Of a stretch of 64,000 bases of DNA, positions 10,471-20,332 are shown piece by piece. The stretch's first letter is position 1; each line of letters opens with the position of its first letter. Under the pieces are notes generated by a model. That model made no database searches and was not told the origin of the DNA. It saw nothing but the letters and a program-made list of their open reading frames with translations. Source of the stretch: Spirochaetia bacterium (GTDB lineage Bacteria > Spirochaetota > Spirochaetia > CAKZLE01). The translations under genes were made by a program, and so were the position numbers. The stretch lies in NCBI GenBank assembly GCA_963677595.1, contig OY782041.1:1792001-1856000 (forward strand), read 5' to 3'.

Positions 10471-12704
10471 CGATAGCGCAGACAGAACCGAAGATCATCT
10501 ACACGATCACCGATGAGGCGCCGGCACTGGCGACGGCATCATTGCTGCCGATCATCCGGGCCTATACGGCCGCGGCAGGGGTGACGGTGGAGACCCGTGA
10601 CATCTCGCTCTCCGGGCGGATCCTGGCGCACTTTCCAGAGGCCCTGTCCGCAGGGACCGATGACCTGGCAGAGCTGGGGGAGCTGGTGAAGGCGCCTGAG
10701 GCGAACATCATCAAGCTGCCGAACATCAGCGCATCGGTACCGCAGTTGAAGGCCGCAATCGCCGAACTGCAGGGGAGGGGGTACGCGGTACCCGACTACC
10801 CGGAGAGCCCTGCGAGTGAGGACGAGCAGGAGGTGCGGAAGCGGTATGACGCGGTGAAGGGGTCAGCGGTGAACCCGGTGCTGCGGGAAGGGAACTCGGA
10901 CCGGCGGGCACCGCAGGCGGTGAAGGCGTATGCGCAGAAGCACCCGCACAGCATGGGGGCCTGGGAAGCAGGCTCGAAGAGCCATGTGGCAAGCATGGAG
11001 GACGGGGACTTCTACGGGAGCGAGCAGTCGGTGGTGACCGAGGGCCCGACGAGCGTGGATGTGGTACTCAAAGGCGCAGACGGCACGCAGACGGTCCTGA
11101 AGGCGGGACTGAAGCTGCAGGCAGGGGAGATCCTCGACTCAGCGGTGATGAGCGCAGGGAAGCTGCGGAGCTTCTTAAAGAGAGAGATCGCCGATGCGAA
11201 GAAGCAGGGAGTACTCTTCTCGGTCCACCTGAAGGCGACGATGATGAAGGTATCGGACCCGATCATCTTCGGGCATGTGGTCTCGATCTACTATGAGGAG
11301 CTGTTCGACACCTACGGCGAGCAGCTCGCATCGGTGGGTGCAGACCCGCGGATGGGGATGGCAGACCTGGAGAAGCGGATCGCGGGGTTGAAGCCGGAAG
11401 AGCGGGAAGCGATCGAGGAAAAGATCGCAGCGATCTACCGTGATCAGCCGGAGCTTGCGATGGTGAACTCCGAGCGGGGGATCACGAACCTGCACGTATC
11501 GAGCGACATCATCATCGACGCGTCGATGCCGGCAGCGATCCGGAACTCCGGGAAGATGTGGGGCGTCGACGGGAAGCTGAAGGACATGAAGGCCGTGATC
11601 CCTGACCGGAGCTATGCAGGGGTGTATGCCGAGACGATCGCGTACTGCAAGGCGAACGGGGCGTTTGACCCGAGAACGATGGGCGACGTGTCGAACGTGG
11701 GGCTGATGGCGCAGAAGGCCGAGGAGTACGGGTCGCATGACAAGACCTTCGAGATGCCGGGAAGCGGCGTGGTGGAAGTAGTCGATGCAGACGGCACCGT
11801 ACTGATGGCGCAGGCCGTGGAAGGCGGGGACATCTTCCGGATGTGCCAGGTGAAGGACGCCCCGGTGCGTGACTGGGTGAAGCTTGCCGTGAGGCGTGCG
11901 AAGGCGACGGGGAACCCGGCGGTCTTCTGGCTTGACGAGGCGAGGGCCCATGATGCGCAGCTGATCAGGAAGGTGCGGACCTACCTGGCCGAGGAGGAGA
12001 CAGACGGGCTGGAGCTGACGATCGCCTCCCCTGAGGAGGCGACGAAGTGGACGCTCGAGCGGCTGAAGCGGGGAGAGGACACGATCTCGGTGACGGGGAA
12101 CGTGCTGCGAGACTACCTGACGGACCTGTTCCCGATCCTGGAACTGGGGACGAGTGCGAAGATGCTGTCGATCGTGCCGCTGATGGGCGGGGGCGGGCTC
12201 TTCGAGACGGGAGCCGGCGGGTCCGCGCCGAAGCATGTGCAGCAGCTGCAGGAGGAGGGCCACCTGAGGTGGGACTCGCTCGGCGAGTTCCTTGCTCTGG
12301 CGGCCTCGCTCGAGCACCTGGGGACGGTGTACGGGAACCCGAAGGCCCTGGTACTGGCGAAAGCGCTGGACCGGGGGACGGAAGTATTGCTGGAGGAAGG
12401 CAAGTCGCCGTCGCGTAAGGTCGGGGAGATCGACACGCGGGGCAGCCACTACTACCTGGCGCGATACTGGGCGCAGGCGCTCAGTGAGCAGGATGAGGAT
12501 GAGGAGCTCTCTGAGCTCTTCCGGCCGCTGGCGAAGGAGTTCACGGTGAAGGAAGAAGCCATCACCTCCGAACTGCTGGCAGTCCAGGGGAACCCGACGG
12601 ACATCGGGGGGTACTACTGCCCCGATGAGGCGGTCAAGGCACAGGCTATGCGCCCGAGCAAGACGCTCAATGCCGCACTGAAGTTGATCTCAGGCGAGAT
12701 GTAG
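10467..12704 (+). CDS. icd: Monomeric NADP-dependent isocitrate dehydrogenase
   Basis: 745 aa; [51 protein letters not shown]. Confidence 0.96.
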   Translation: MTIAQTEPKIIYTITDEAPALATASLLPIIRAYTAAAGVTVETRDISLSGRILAHFPEALSAGTDDLAELGELVKAPEANIIKLPNISASVPQLKAAIAELQGRGYAVPDYPESPASEDEQEVRKRYDAVKGSAVNPVLREGNSDRRAPQAVKAYAQKHPHSMGAWEAGSKSHVASMEDGDFYGSEQSVVTEGPTSVDVVLKGADGTQTVLKAGLKLQAGEILDSAVMSAGKLRSFLKREIADAKKQGVLFSVHLKATMMKVSDPIIFGHVVSIYYEELFDTYGEQLASVGADPRMGMADLEKRIAGLKPEEREAIEEKIAAIYRDQPELAMVNSERGITNLHVSSDIIIDASMPAAIRNSGKMWGVDGKLKDMKAVIPDRSYAGVYAETIAYCKANGAFDPRTMGDVSNVGLMAQKAEEYGSHDKTFEMPGSGVVEVVDADGTVLMAQAVEGGDIFRMCQVKDAPVRDWVKLAVRRAKATGNPAVFWLDEARAHDAQLIRKVRTYLAEEETDGLELTIASPEEATKWTLERLKRGEDTISVTGNVLRDYLTDLFPILELGTSAKMLSIVPLMGGGGLFETGAGGSAPKHVQQLQEEGHLRWDSLGEFLALAASLEHLGTVYGNPKALVLAKALDRGTEVLLEEGKSPSRKVGEIDTRGSHYYLARYWAQALSEQDEDEELSELFRPLAKEFTVKEEAITSELLAVQGNPTDIGGYYCPDEAVKAQAMRPSKTLNAALKLISGEM

Positions 12705-12720
12705 GTAAGGAGAGGAACTA

Positions 12721-13017
12721 ATGGAATTGGTGAAGACCGGGATCTCAGGGACCCTGGAATCAAGCGATATCATGGTGACGATCAAGCAGGCCGATGAGGC
12801 TGGGATCGACATTCAGCTTACCAGCATCGTGGAGAAGCAGTTCGGCGCCGTGATACGGAAAGTCATAACCGAGACACTCAACGCGCTGGAGATCGAATCA
12901 GCCACAGTCGAGGCTGTCGACAAGGGAGCCCTGGACTGTACGATACGGGCACGCGTGAAGACCGCTGCCTACCGGGCATGCGAGGTGTCCAGGAAAGAGT
13001 GGGAGACAGGGAAATGA
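12721..13017 (+). CDS. citD: Citrate lyase acyl carrier protein (gamma)
   Basis: GTLESSD prosthetic-group Ser motif, DKGALDCTIRAR. Confidence 0.95.
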   Translation: MELVKTGISGTLESSDIMVTIKQADEAGIDIQLTSIVEKQFGAVIRKVITETLNALEIESATVEAVDKGALDCTIRARVKTAAYRACEVSRKEWETGK

Positions 13018-13901
13018 GACATGAACACTTAAGAAGGACTATGCTGTTCGTCCCGGGGAACAATCCCGGGATGATACAGGATGCGTATATCTACGGAAGT
13101 GACAGCATCATGTTCGACCTCGAGGACTCTGTCTCCATCCTGGAGAAGGACGCTGCCAGGGCCCTGGTCTATGAGGCCCTGACGACCCTGGACTTCAACG
13201 GGACAGAGATCGTGGTCAGGGTCAATTCGCTGGACTCCGAGATGGGGATCGATGACCTTGAAGCGATGGTCCGGGCACAGCCGCATGTGATCAGGCTCCC
13301 GAAGACGGAGACAGCTGATGACATCATCGTGTGTGAGCGGGAGATCGCACGCATCGAGAAGGAAGCAGGTATCCCGGTCGGTACGACGAGGATGATAGCT
13401 GCCATCGAGTCTGCTGCCGGTGTGCTGAACGCGAAGGAGATCGCCCTCGCGAGCGACCGCCTCGTCGGTATCGCGCTCGGGGCTGAGGACTATGTCACCA
13501 ACCTGAAGACGAACCGCTCGGAAGACGGCATAGAGCTCCTCTTCGCCAGGAGCATGATCCTTCTCGCCGCACGTGCAGCCGGGATCGCCGCGATCGATAC
13601 CGTCTACTCCGATGTCGACAATGAGGAGGGCCTCAAGAAAGAGGCCTCGCTCATCAAGCAGCTCGGCTTCGACGGGAAGTCGGTGATCAACCCGAGGCAG
13701 ATAGCTATCATCAATGAGATCTACACACCGAGTGAGAAAGAGATCAAGAAGTCGAGGGCCGTCCTTGAGGCCATCGCCGAAGCGAACAGGAAGGGAAGCG
13801 GGGTCATCGCCCTGAACGGGAAGATGATCGACAAACCGGTCGTCGAGCGTGCGCAGCGGGTGATTGACCTGGCATTCGCCTCCGGGATCATCAAGGATTA
13901 G
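13014..13901 (+). CDS. citE: Citryl-CoA lyase (beta subunit)
   Basis: RRTMLFVPGNNP, FDLEDSV, ALGAEDY; ATGA overlap with the citD stop. Confidence 0.95.
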   Translation: MRHEHLRRTMLFVPGNNPGMIQDAYIYGSDSIMFDLEDSVSILEKDAARALVYEALTTLDFNGTEIVVRVNSLDSEMGIDDLEAMVRAQPHVIRLPKTETADDIIVCEREIARIEKEAGIPVGTTRMIAAIESAAGVLNAKEIALASDRLVGIALGAEDYVTNLKTNRSEDGIELLFARSMILLAARAAGIAAIDTVYSDVDNEEGLKKEASLIKQLGFDGKSVINPRQIAIINEIYTPSEKEIKKSRAVLEAIAEANRKGSGVIALNGKMIDKPVVERAQRVIDLAFASGIIKD

Positions 13902-13912
13902 GGGGAGAACAT

Positions 13913-15445
13913 ATGGAACTGAAAGATATACCGCATATCGGGGAACTCTCCGGTATAGACAGGGCCTTCGACAGCGGGAAGATTAACAAGGATACCAGGA
14001 GTCTCAAGGAGCATTCCGAGAGCTCGGTCAAGGTACTGGCCTCCATCCAGGACGCGATCCGCGCTACGGGGCTGCGGGACGGCATGACTGTGAGCTTCCA
14101 CCACCATTTCAGGAACGGGGATTACGTCCTGAACATGGTCCTCGACGAGATCGCCGCCATGGGGATCAGGGACCTCACTCTGGCCCCGAGCTCCCTGCAG
14201 GAGATCCATGAACCGCTGATCGAGCATATCAGAAACGGTGTGGTGAAGCGCATCGAGACCAGCGGCCTGCGGGGTAAGCTCGCAGGTGAGATCTCACGGG
14301 GGCTCATGGACTATCCCGTGGTCTTCCGCAGCCACGGCGGCCGGGCATATGCGATCGAGACCGGGAAGCTGAAGATCGACGTCGCTTTCCTTGGGGCACC
14401 TGCCTGTGACCCCTTCGGCAATGCGAACGGCTATTCGAGGGAGGATGACTCCAGCGTCATCTGCGGGTCCTTGGGCTATGCGAAATGCGATGCCCAGTAC
14501 GCAGGACAGGTCGTCATCATCACGGATAACATCGTGCCGTTCCCCAACGCCCCCTTCGGCATCCCTGAGTCGGATGTAAACTATATCGTCAAGGTCGACA
14601 GGATCGGGGACCCGAACGGGATCATGACCGGGGCCACCCGGTTCACCAAAAACCCGAAGGACCTCATCATCGCCGAGCAGGCCGCGAAGGTGATCGATGC
14701 CAGCGGGAAGCTCGTGAACGGGTTCTCCATCCAGATGGGGTCCGGTGGTGCGTCCCTGGCGATCACCCGATTCCTTGAGGCGAAGATGATCGAGAAGGAC
14801 GTGAAGGCCTCCTTCGCACTGGGGGGGATCACCGGGTCGATGGTCGCGCTCTTCGAGAAGGGGCTGGTGAAGAAACTGCTCGATGTGCAGAGTTTCGACC
14901 TGGATGCGGCGAAGTCGCTGATCAACAACCGGTTCCACCAGCAGATCTCGGCATCGTACTATGCGAGCCCGGGAAACAAGGGGAGTGCGGTCAACCAGCT
15001 CGATATCGTGATCCTCTCGGCGATGGAGATCGACCTCGACTTCAACGTCAATGTCCTCACCGGCTCCGACGGTGTGATCCGGGGAGCGATCGGCGGACAC
15101 TGTGACACTGCCGCCGGTGCGAGCCTGACGATCATCGTCTGCCCGCTCTGCAGGGGGAGGATACCGTCAGTCGTCAGGAAGGTGAACACGATCGTGACTC
15201 CCGGGAAGACCATCGACGTGGTCGTCACCGACCAGGGAGTCGCCGTGAACCCGCGGAGGCGGGACCTCGAGAAGACTTTGAGGGAGCGGGGCATCAATGT
15301 CCGTTCCATCGACGAGCTCTGTACCCGTGCTGAGAAGATCGCGGGGAAGGCCGTGCCGATACGCTATACCGACAAGGTCGTCGGGGTAGTCACCTACCGT
15401 GACGGCAGCGTCCTTGATGTCGTCCGGCAGGTCGAGGAGGACTGA
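13913..15445 (+). CDS. citF: Citrate lyase alpha subunit (citrate CoA-transferase)
   Basis: SFHHHFRNGD, RSHGGRA, QMGSGG, GAIGGHCDTA. Confidence 0.95.
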   Translation: MELKDIPHIGELSGIDRAFDSGKINKDTRSLKEHSESSVKVLASIQDAIRATGLRDGMTVSFHHHFRNGDYVLNMVLDEIAAMGIRDLTLAPSSLQEIHEPLIEHIRNGVVKRIETSGLRGKLAGEISRGLMDYPVVFRSHGGRAYAIETGKLKIDVAFLGAPACDPFGNANGYSREDDSSVICGSLGYAKCDAQYAGQVVIITDNIVPFPNAPFGIPESDVNYIVKVDRIGDPNGIMTGATRFTKNPKDLIIAEQAAKVIDASGKLVNGFSIQMGSGGASLAITRFLEAKMIEKDVKASFALGGITGSMVALFEKGLVKKLLDVQSFDLDAAKSLINNRFHQQISASYYASPGNKGSAVNQLDIVILSAMEIDLDFNVNVLTGSDGVIRGAIGGHCDTAAGASLTIIVCPLCRGRIPSVVRKVNTIVTPGKTIDVVVTDQGVAVNPRRRDLEKTLRERGINVRSIDELCTRAEKIAGKAVPIRYTDKVVGVVTYRDGSVLDVVRQVEED

Positions 15446-15453
15446 AGTTTTTT

Positions 15454-16482
15454 ATGGAATCCGGTTATGAAGTCCGGGAGATTCATGGGATCAGGACAGA
15501 TTCCATGCTCTATCATGATTTGACGGACTTCCTCGAGGAGAACCACCTCGTGATCGATGGGAGCATCGATCACACCGTCACCATCGTTGATGGGGACGGC
15601 CGCCTCATTGCCAGCGGTTCCTCCTCTGGGAATGTCATCAAATATCTGGCGGTCTCAGCCTCTCACAGGAGTGAGGGGCTGCTAGCCCCGATCCTGACCG
15701 CCCTCATCCGGGAGATCACGAACAACGGCGGGGATAAGATCTTCATCTACACCGCGCCCGGGAACGAGGACCTGTTTCGGGAGTTCGGGTTCTTTCCCGT
15801 GGCACGGACGGATGAGATCCTGCTGCTGGAGAACCGTAAGGACGGGATCGGGAGATGGCTCAAGCGTGTCGGGACTGAGACCGAACAGCTCTTCGGAAAG
15901 GGCGATGGCCCCAGGAGGGTCGGGGTCATCGTCATGAACTGCGACCCCTTCACCAGGGGCCATCGCTACCTCATCGAGTACGCCGCAGCACGGAGTGACA
16001 TCCTCCATATCTTCATCCTCTCCTCCGGAGGGACCTTCACGCCTCAGGAACGGTATGCGATGGTCGAGGCAGGAACAGCTGACCTGGGTAACGTGATGCT
16101 TCACAAGGCCTCTGACTATATGGTCTCCCCGGCTACCTTCCCGACCTACTTCATCAAGGCCGAGAAGCCGATGAGCGAGGTGAGCTGTGCCCTTGATATA
16201 CAGATCTTCACCCGGGTCATCGCCCCTGCATTGGGGATCACGCTGCGGTTCGTGGGGACCGAACCCTACTGCCCCGTGACCTCGGTCTATAACCGGATGA
16301 TGCAGGAGGCATTGCCAGGCCAGGGGATCGAATTCATCGAGATTCCCAGGTTCGAGTTTGATGGCCGTGCAGTGAGCGCCTCCGAGGTCAGGAGGCATTA
16401 CCATGCCGGGGATTGGGAATCACTCGAACCGCTGGTCCCCCCAACGACCTATGAGATCCTGCGGGGGCTGCCGGGGAGATAG
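15454..16482 (+). CDS. citC: [citrate (pro-3S)-lyase] ligase
   Basis: VMNCDPFTRGHRYL, S.ATFPTYF, RFVGTEP, VSASEVR. Confidence 0.93.
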   Translation: MESGYEVREIHGIRTDSMLYHDLTDFLEENHLVIDGSIDHTVTIVDGDGRLIASGSSSGNVIKYLAVSASHRSEGLLAPILTALIREITNNGGDKIFIYTAPGNEDLFREFGFFPVARTDEILLLENRKDGIGRWLKRVGTETEQLFGKGDGPRRVGVIVMNCDPFTRGHRYLIEYAAARSDILHIFILSSGGTFTPQERYAMVEAGTADLGNVMLHKASDYMVSPATFPTYFIKAEKPMSEVSCALDIQIFTRVIAPALGITLRFVGTEPYCPVTSVYNRMMQEALPGQGIEFIEIPRFEFDGRAVSASEVRRHYHAGDWESLEPLVPPTTYEILRGLPGR

Positions 16483-16502
16483 GGTAGCTTCAGGTATCGA
16501 GT

Positions 16503-17771
16503 TTATGTCAGATAGGGCTTATCGGTCATATACTTGATAAATCTCAGGACATCGTTATTAGTGAGGATATCGCCTGCCGTCAGTTCCCCGATGATATGGA
16601 GGTTCTCTATTTCCCTGCATCGTGAGAGGGCTACATACGTTTGTCCGGGACTGAAGGCTTTCTTCCTGAGATCGACCGTGACATCATCGATGGTCAGTCC
16701 CTGGGATTTATGTATTGTCAAAGCCCATCCCAGCCGTATGGGGAATTGCCTGAATGTCCCGATAACTTCCTTCTCCAGAATCCCCTGGTAGAACCTGTAC
16801 CTGATGTTCTTCCAGGTGAATGGGTGTATTTTGTGAGAGCCGGACCTTGTCGCTATCTTTATATGGGAATGTGCTGGATCGGCATGGGTGTGGATCTCTG
16901 TGATGATGCCTATTGACCCGTTGATCAAACTGCCTGTATTCGTGATAACCAGTATCTTAGCCCCTACCTTGACATGCAGTATGTGTTCTGTCGGGAAATG
17001 AGACTCAGGAAACTCACCGTTACATGCGGCATCCAATGTGAACAGCTTGCTTTGGAGCTTATCAAGCTTCATGTTGTTATAGGATTCCGCTTGGGCCTTG
17101 GTCGTGGCTAGCAGGGTAGTCTCCTCATCCAGGTGCTCCTCCCCTATGGTACGCCGGTTGAAGAATGCCATCGTCTCAGCATCTGCGTTATATTCCCGGA
17201 TATGGTTCAGATGTGTGATGAGATCAGGATCAGATTGACGGTAGGTGGTCGTCAACTCATAATACCTGACATCTTCGAGGTTGTTCCTGAATACTGCAGC
17301 ACTGAAGAAGAACTCAGTCTTATACCCCATCTCCTGCAATAGCTGCTTCTCCCTCTGCTTCACCACAGGCGGCAGCTGGTACAGATCCCCGAAGGTGATG
17401 ATCTTGATCCCGCCAAACGGTTCAGGCCTCCCTCTATGCACCTTCAGGTATCGATCGATGCTGTCCAACAGGTCTGCCCGTACCATTGAGATCTCATCGA
17501 TCAGGATGTATTCCAACAGCCTATAGTGCTCATCCCGCTCTTTCGTGATTTCCCGTGGATTGAGGAGCTCTGGTGCGAAATGAAAGAAGGAATGAATCGT
17601 CTGCCCCTCAATATTTCGGGCAGCGATGCCTGTAGGGGCCAGGACTACCGAGCTGGCGATGTACCGATCCGCCAGGTATCTCAGGAATGTGGACTTTCCC
17701 GTCCCGGCCTTCCCGTTGATGAGAAAGAAGAAACAGGAGCTCTCTTCTATCTCCTGGATGATCCGTTCCAT
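16503..17771 (-). CDS. Pif1/RecD-like SF1B DNA helicase
   Basis: GKAGTGKS, APTGIAA, TIHSFF, DEISMVRAD, GDLYQLPPV, YRQ, WALTIHKSQG, GQTYVALSR; frame stays open upstream to 17969. Confidence 0.9.
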   Translation of the reverse strand: MERIIQEIEESSCFFFLINGKAGTGKSTFLRYLADRYIASSVVLAPTGIAARNIEGQTIHSFFHFAPELLNPREITKERDEHYRLLEYILIDEISMVRADLLDSIDRYLKVHRGRPEPFGGIKIITFGDLYQLPPVVKQREKQLLQEMGYKTEFFFSAAVFRNNLEDVRYYELTTTYRQSDPDLITHLNHIREYNADAETMAFFNRRTIGEEHLDEETTLLATTKAQAESYNNMKLDKLQSKLFTLDAACNGEFPESHFPTEHILHVKVGAKILVITNTGSLINGSIGIITEIHTHADPAHSHIKIATRSGSHKIHPFTWKNIRYRFYQGILEKEVIGTFRQFPIRLGWALTIHKSQGLTIDDVTVDLRKKAFSPGQTYVALSRCREIENLHIIGELTAGDILTNNDVLRFIKYMTDKPYLT

Positions 17772-17778
17772 CTCTTCA

Positions 17779-17973
17779 TTAGGCGGGTATATACCAATCG
17801 GTTTGGATGCTTCCGTTTCTGTAAAACGGACAGGAGGTGAAAGTGTGTCTGAATCCAGGACCGGGGCTGTTCGTGCTTCTTTGGAAACGGTCTCTGATCC
17901 GGGGGTCTTTCCCTGACCGTCTCGAGACCAGGAAGATGATAATCGCCAGCAGAATGAGGATGATATAGATCAT
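17779..17973 (-). CDS. Small ORF with an N-terminal transmembrane helix; probably the frameshifted 5' end of the Pif1-like helicase
   Basis: MIYIILILLAIIIFLVSRRSGK; overlaps the open upstream helicase frame. Confidence 0.5.
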   Translation of the reverse strand: MIYIILILLAIIIFLVSRRSGKDPRIRDRFQRSTNSPGPGFRHTFTSCPFYRNGSIQTDWYIPA

Positions 17974-18128
17974 CTCAGATGTCCCGGGGGTGAGGATGGA
18001 AGAGGTCGTATCGTAGTGTGCCCATATGATAACAGCATATCGAGTCAATCATACCAGCATCGAACACGATATGCAATTTGTTTGTTTCTACTCTCTATCA
18101 TGTGAATCTGTAGGACGAGTTATATGTT

Positions 18129-19310
18129 TCAGGTATCCATCCCCTCCAGGATATCACCGCAGATGATGCACATCCTCGGAATATGGAAGGGCCCCTTGAA
18201 CAGGTTCCCCTTGACCGTCGAGGAGACTGAACCGTCCCGGTGGAGGTAGCCGTACCACTCTCCATAGTCCCTGTCGGGGAATCTCTCGAAGGCCCATTCG
18301 AATGCTAGGGAGAACTTCTCCAGGTACGATGGTTCATTGGTGATGCTGTAGAGCATCAGCGATGCGATGATCGCCTCGTTATGGGGCCACCAGAACTTCA
18401 TGTCATGCCAGTATTCACTCGATGGGTACCCCAGGGCGTCCCGGAAGTAGAAGATGCCGCCGTACTGTTCATCCCAACCCCACTCCCACATCCAGTCAAA
18501 GATCTGCCTTCCCCATTGGAGGTACTCATCAACACCGGTCTCCCGGTACTCGGAGAGGATGAACCATGCAAGTTCCAGGGCATGGCCGGGATTGAGCTGC
18601 CGACCTTCATTGTGGTCGAAGGAGGGTTCTCCCCCGACCAGGTTCTCGACGAGGCAGCGCTGGCCGGGGATCAGGTGCCCCGGCAGGATGGAGGTGATCG
18701 CAGACCTGACCTTTGCCGTATAGTAGGCTGCCCGGCCAGGGTCTGCACGCCGGAGTTCCTGCAGGACCGAGATCTTGATCATCGGGTAGGCGATCGAGGA
18801 GGTATCCCTGCTGCCGGGAACCCACTTGGGGTTCTCATCTACCGGGCCCTCTGCGAGGGTCTCCACCCGGTCCATGAGCTCCCGTGCAGCCTCGAGGTAC
18901 GAGAGGTCGCCGGAGGCCCTCGAGAAGGCTGCGAAGGCGTTCACCGCGAAGAGTTCAGAGAAGTAGTACCGCCTCTGCAGCAGGGGTTTCCCTTCTGCCG
19001 TCGTGCGGTAGTACATCCGGCCCCTATGGTCAAAACAGTGCCTCTTGATGAAGTTCACCCCTGATTCTGCTGCTTCAAGATAGTCTACACGACTATGTTC
19101 CCTCATGAATGCGGTAGAGAGTATCCAGGAGAACCGCCCCTGGAACCAGACGGACTTGTCCGATTCTATGAGCTTCCCTTCCCGGTCGAGCCCGGTGTAG
19201 TAGCCCCCATGAGTCCGGTCCAGGCCGTGGGTCAGCCAGAAAGGGAGGATGTGTTCACCAAGCTCACGGGAGAAGAGCTCCCGGTATCTTCGGATCTCCT
19301 GCCCCGTCAC
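18129..19310 (-). CDS. N-acylglucosamine 2-epimerase (AGE family)
   Basis: ILPFW, DKSVWFQGR, RYYFSE.F, NPGHALE, KFWWPHNE, KGPFHIPR; GTG start overlaps the upstream stop (GTGA). Confidence 0.9.
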   Translation of the reverse strand: MTGQEIRRYRELFSRELGEHILPFWLTHGLDRTHGGYYTGLDREGKLIESDKSVWFQGRFSWILSTAFMREHSRVDYLEAAESGVNFIKRHCFDHRGRMYYRTTAEGKPLLQRRYYFSELFAVNAFAAFSRASGDLSYLEAARELMDRVETLAEGPVDENPKWVPGSRDTSSIAYPMIKISVLQELRRADPGRAAYYTAKVRSAITSILPGHLIPGQRCLVENLVGGEPSFDHNEGRQLNPGHALELAWFILSEYRETGVDEYLQWGRQIFDWMWEWGWDEQYGGIFYFRDALGYPSSEYWHDMKFWWPHNEAIIASLMLYSITNEPSYLEKFSLAFEWAFERFPDRDYGEWYGYLHRDGSVSSTVKGNLFKGPFHIPRMCIICGDILEGMDT

Positions 19311-20281
19311 TGGTCGTTCCCCTGAAGGTTTTCCTGAAGATTCCACTGCCTGAAGGTCTCATAGAAATCGGCCCCGGCCTGCCGGCGCCCGAGGAAGTGG
19401 CCGTACTCCCAGGTGATGGTTCGTGAGACATACCCCCTGCCTGCCTCATACTGCTGGCTGACCCGGTCGATCGGGGCTGACTTGAGCCAGATCTTGCTCC
19501 GGTCATAGCCGGAATCCCGAAACCCCGGATTGAAGGAGAAGGTCTCAACATTGTTCCAGAACTCGATCCCCCGGCTTGCGAAGAGCGGGGAGAGCAGCTC
19601 GTAATAGGCGGGGATATCCCCGGGGGTGATGTCCCGGTTGCAGCCGATGCCGTCCTGCATGGCGAGGATGTCGAACATGGGCCGTTCCAGGAAGCGGTCC
19701 CAGAACGCAGCGAGGTCAGCGGGACTGACGGCCTTCGTGAAGAACGGCGAGGAGAGGACGGGCAGGCTGGTTGCCTCCTTCAGTCTGCGATAGAGGTCGG
19801 AGAAGAAGTGCTGTGCCGCCTCGAAGCGGGCAGGGGAGGCGAGGTTGTCATTGTCGGCCTCATGGGAGATGTAGATGCCGCTGAGGCCGGGATGGTCCCG
19901 GTAGATCTCGAGGAGCTCGGTGATGACCCGCTCATAGATGGAGACGTCCCGCCCCATCATACGGATGAAATCGGCGTCGTTCGCGTTGAAGAAGTGGTCG
20001 CTGATGAGGCCGGAGATGAAGACCTTCATCCCGGTCTCGGCTGCGGCTTCCATGAACGGCCTGATGTAGTCGTGCTCAAGATGCGTCTCGAAGTACTTCG
20101 AGTGGTAGTAGACCGCCCCGAAGCGCATGGTCCTGGCAAGGATGACGGTATCGATCCCGGCTTCGAGCATATCCTGCATCTCCGCTGCCCAGTCTGCAGT
20201 GTCCCAGGGAAGCAGCTGGAGGTCTTTGTGTGTCTGTTCAGAGAAATCGATGAAGGTCCCTGATATCTTTCCTGTTTTCAT
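19307..20281 (-). CDS. DUF4434-like putative glycoside hydrolase (TIM barrel)
   Basis: ISGTF..W...W..EMQDM..AGIDTVIL, YISHE, QDGIG, WNNVETF pattern; no signal peptide. Confidence 0.7.
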   Translation of the reverse strand: MKTGKISGTFIDFSEQTHKDLQLLPWDTADWAAEMQDMLEAGIDTVILARTMRFGAVYYHSKYFETHLEHDYIRPFMEAAAETGMKVFISGLISDHFFNANDADFIRMMGRDVSIYERVITELLEIYRDHPGLSGIYISHEADNDNLASPARFEAAQHFFSDLYRRLKEATSLPVLSSPFFTKAVSPADLAAFWDRFLERPMFDILAMQDGIGCNRDITPGDIPAYYELLSPLFASRGIEFWNNVETFSFNPGFRDSGYDRSKIWLKSAPIDRVSQQYEAGRGYVSRTITWEYGHFLGRRQAGADFYETFRQWNLQENLQGNDQ

Positions 20282-20332
20282 AGTCTAGTCCTTGGCCGGT
20301 CCTAACAAGACCGGCGGGTTGAGTACGCTCGG

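Noticed and set aside
17905-17913. G GGA AAG as a programmed -1 slippery site for the TM-helicase fusion
   Set aside because: Going from the TM frame to the helicase frame needs +1, the wrong direction for this heptamer
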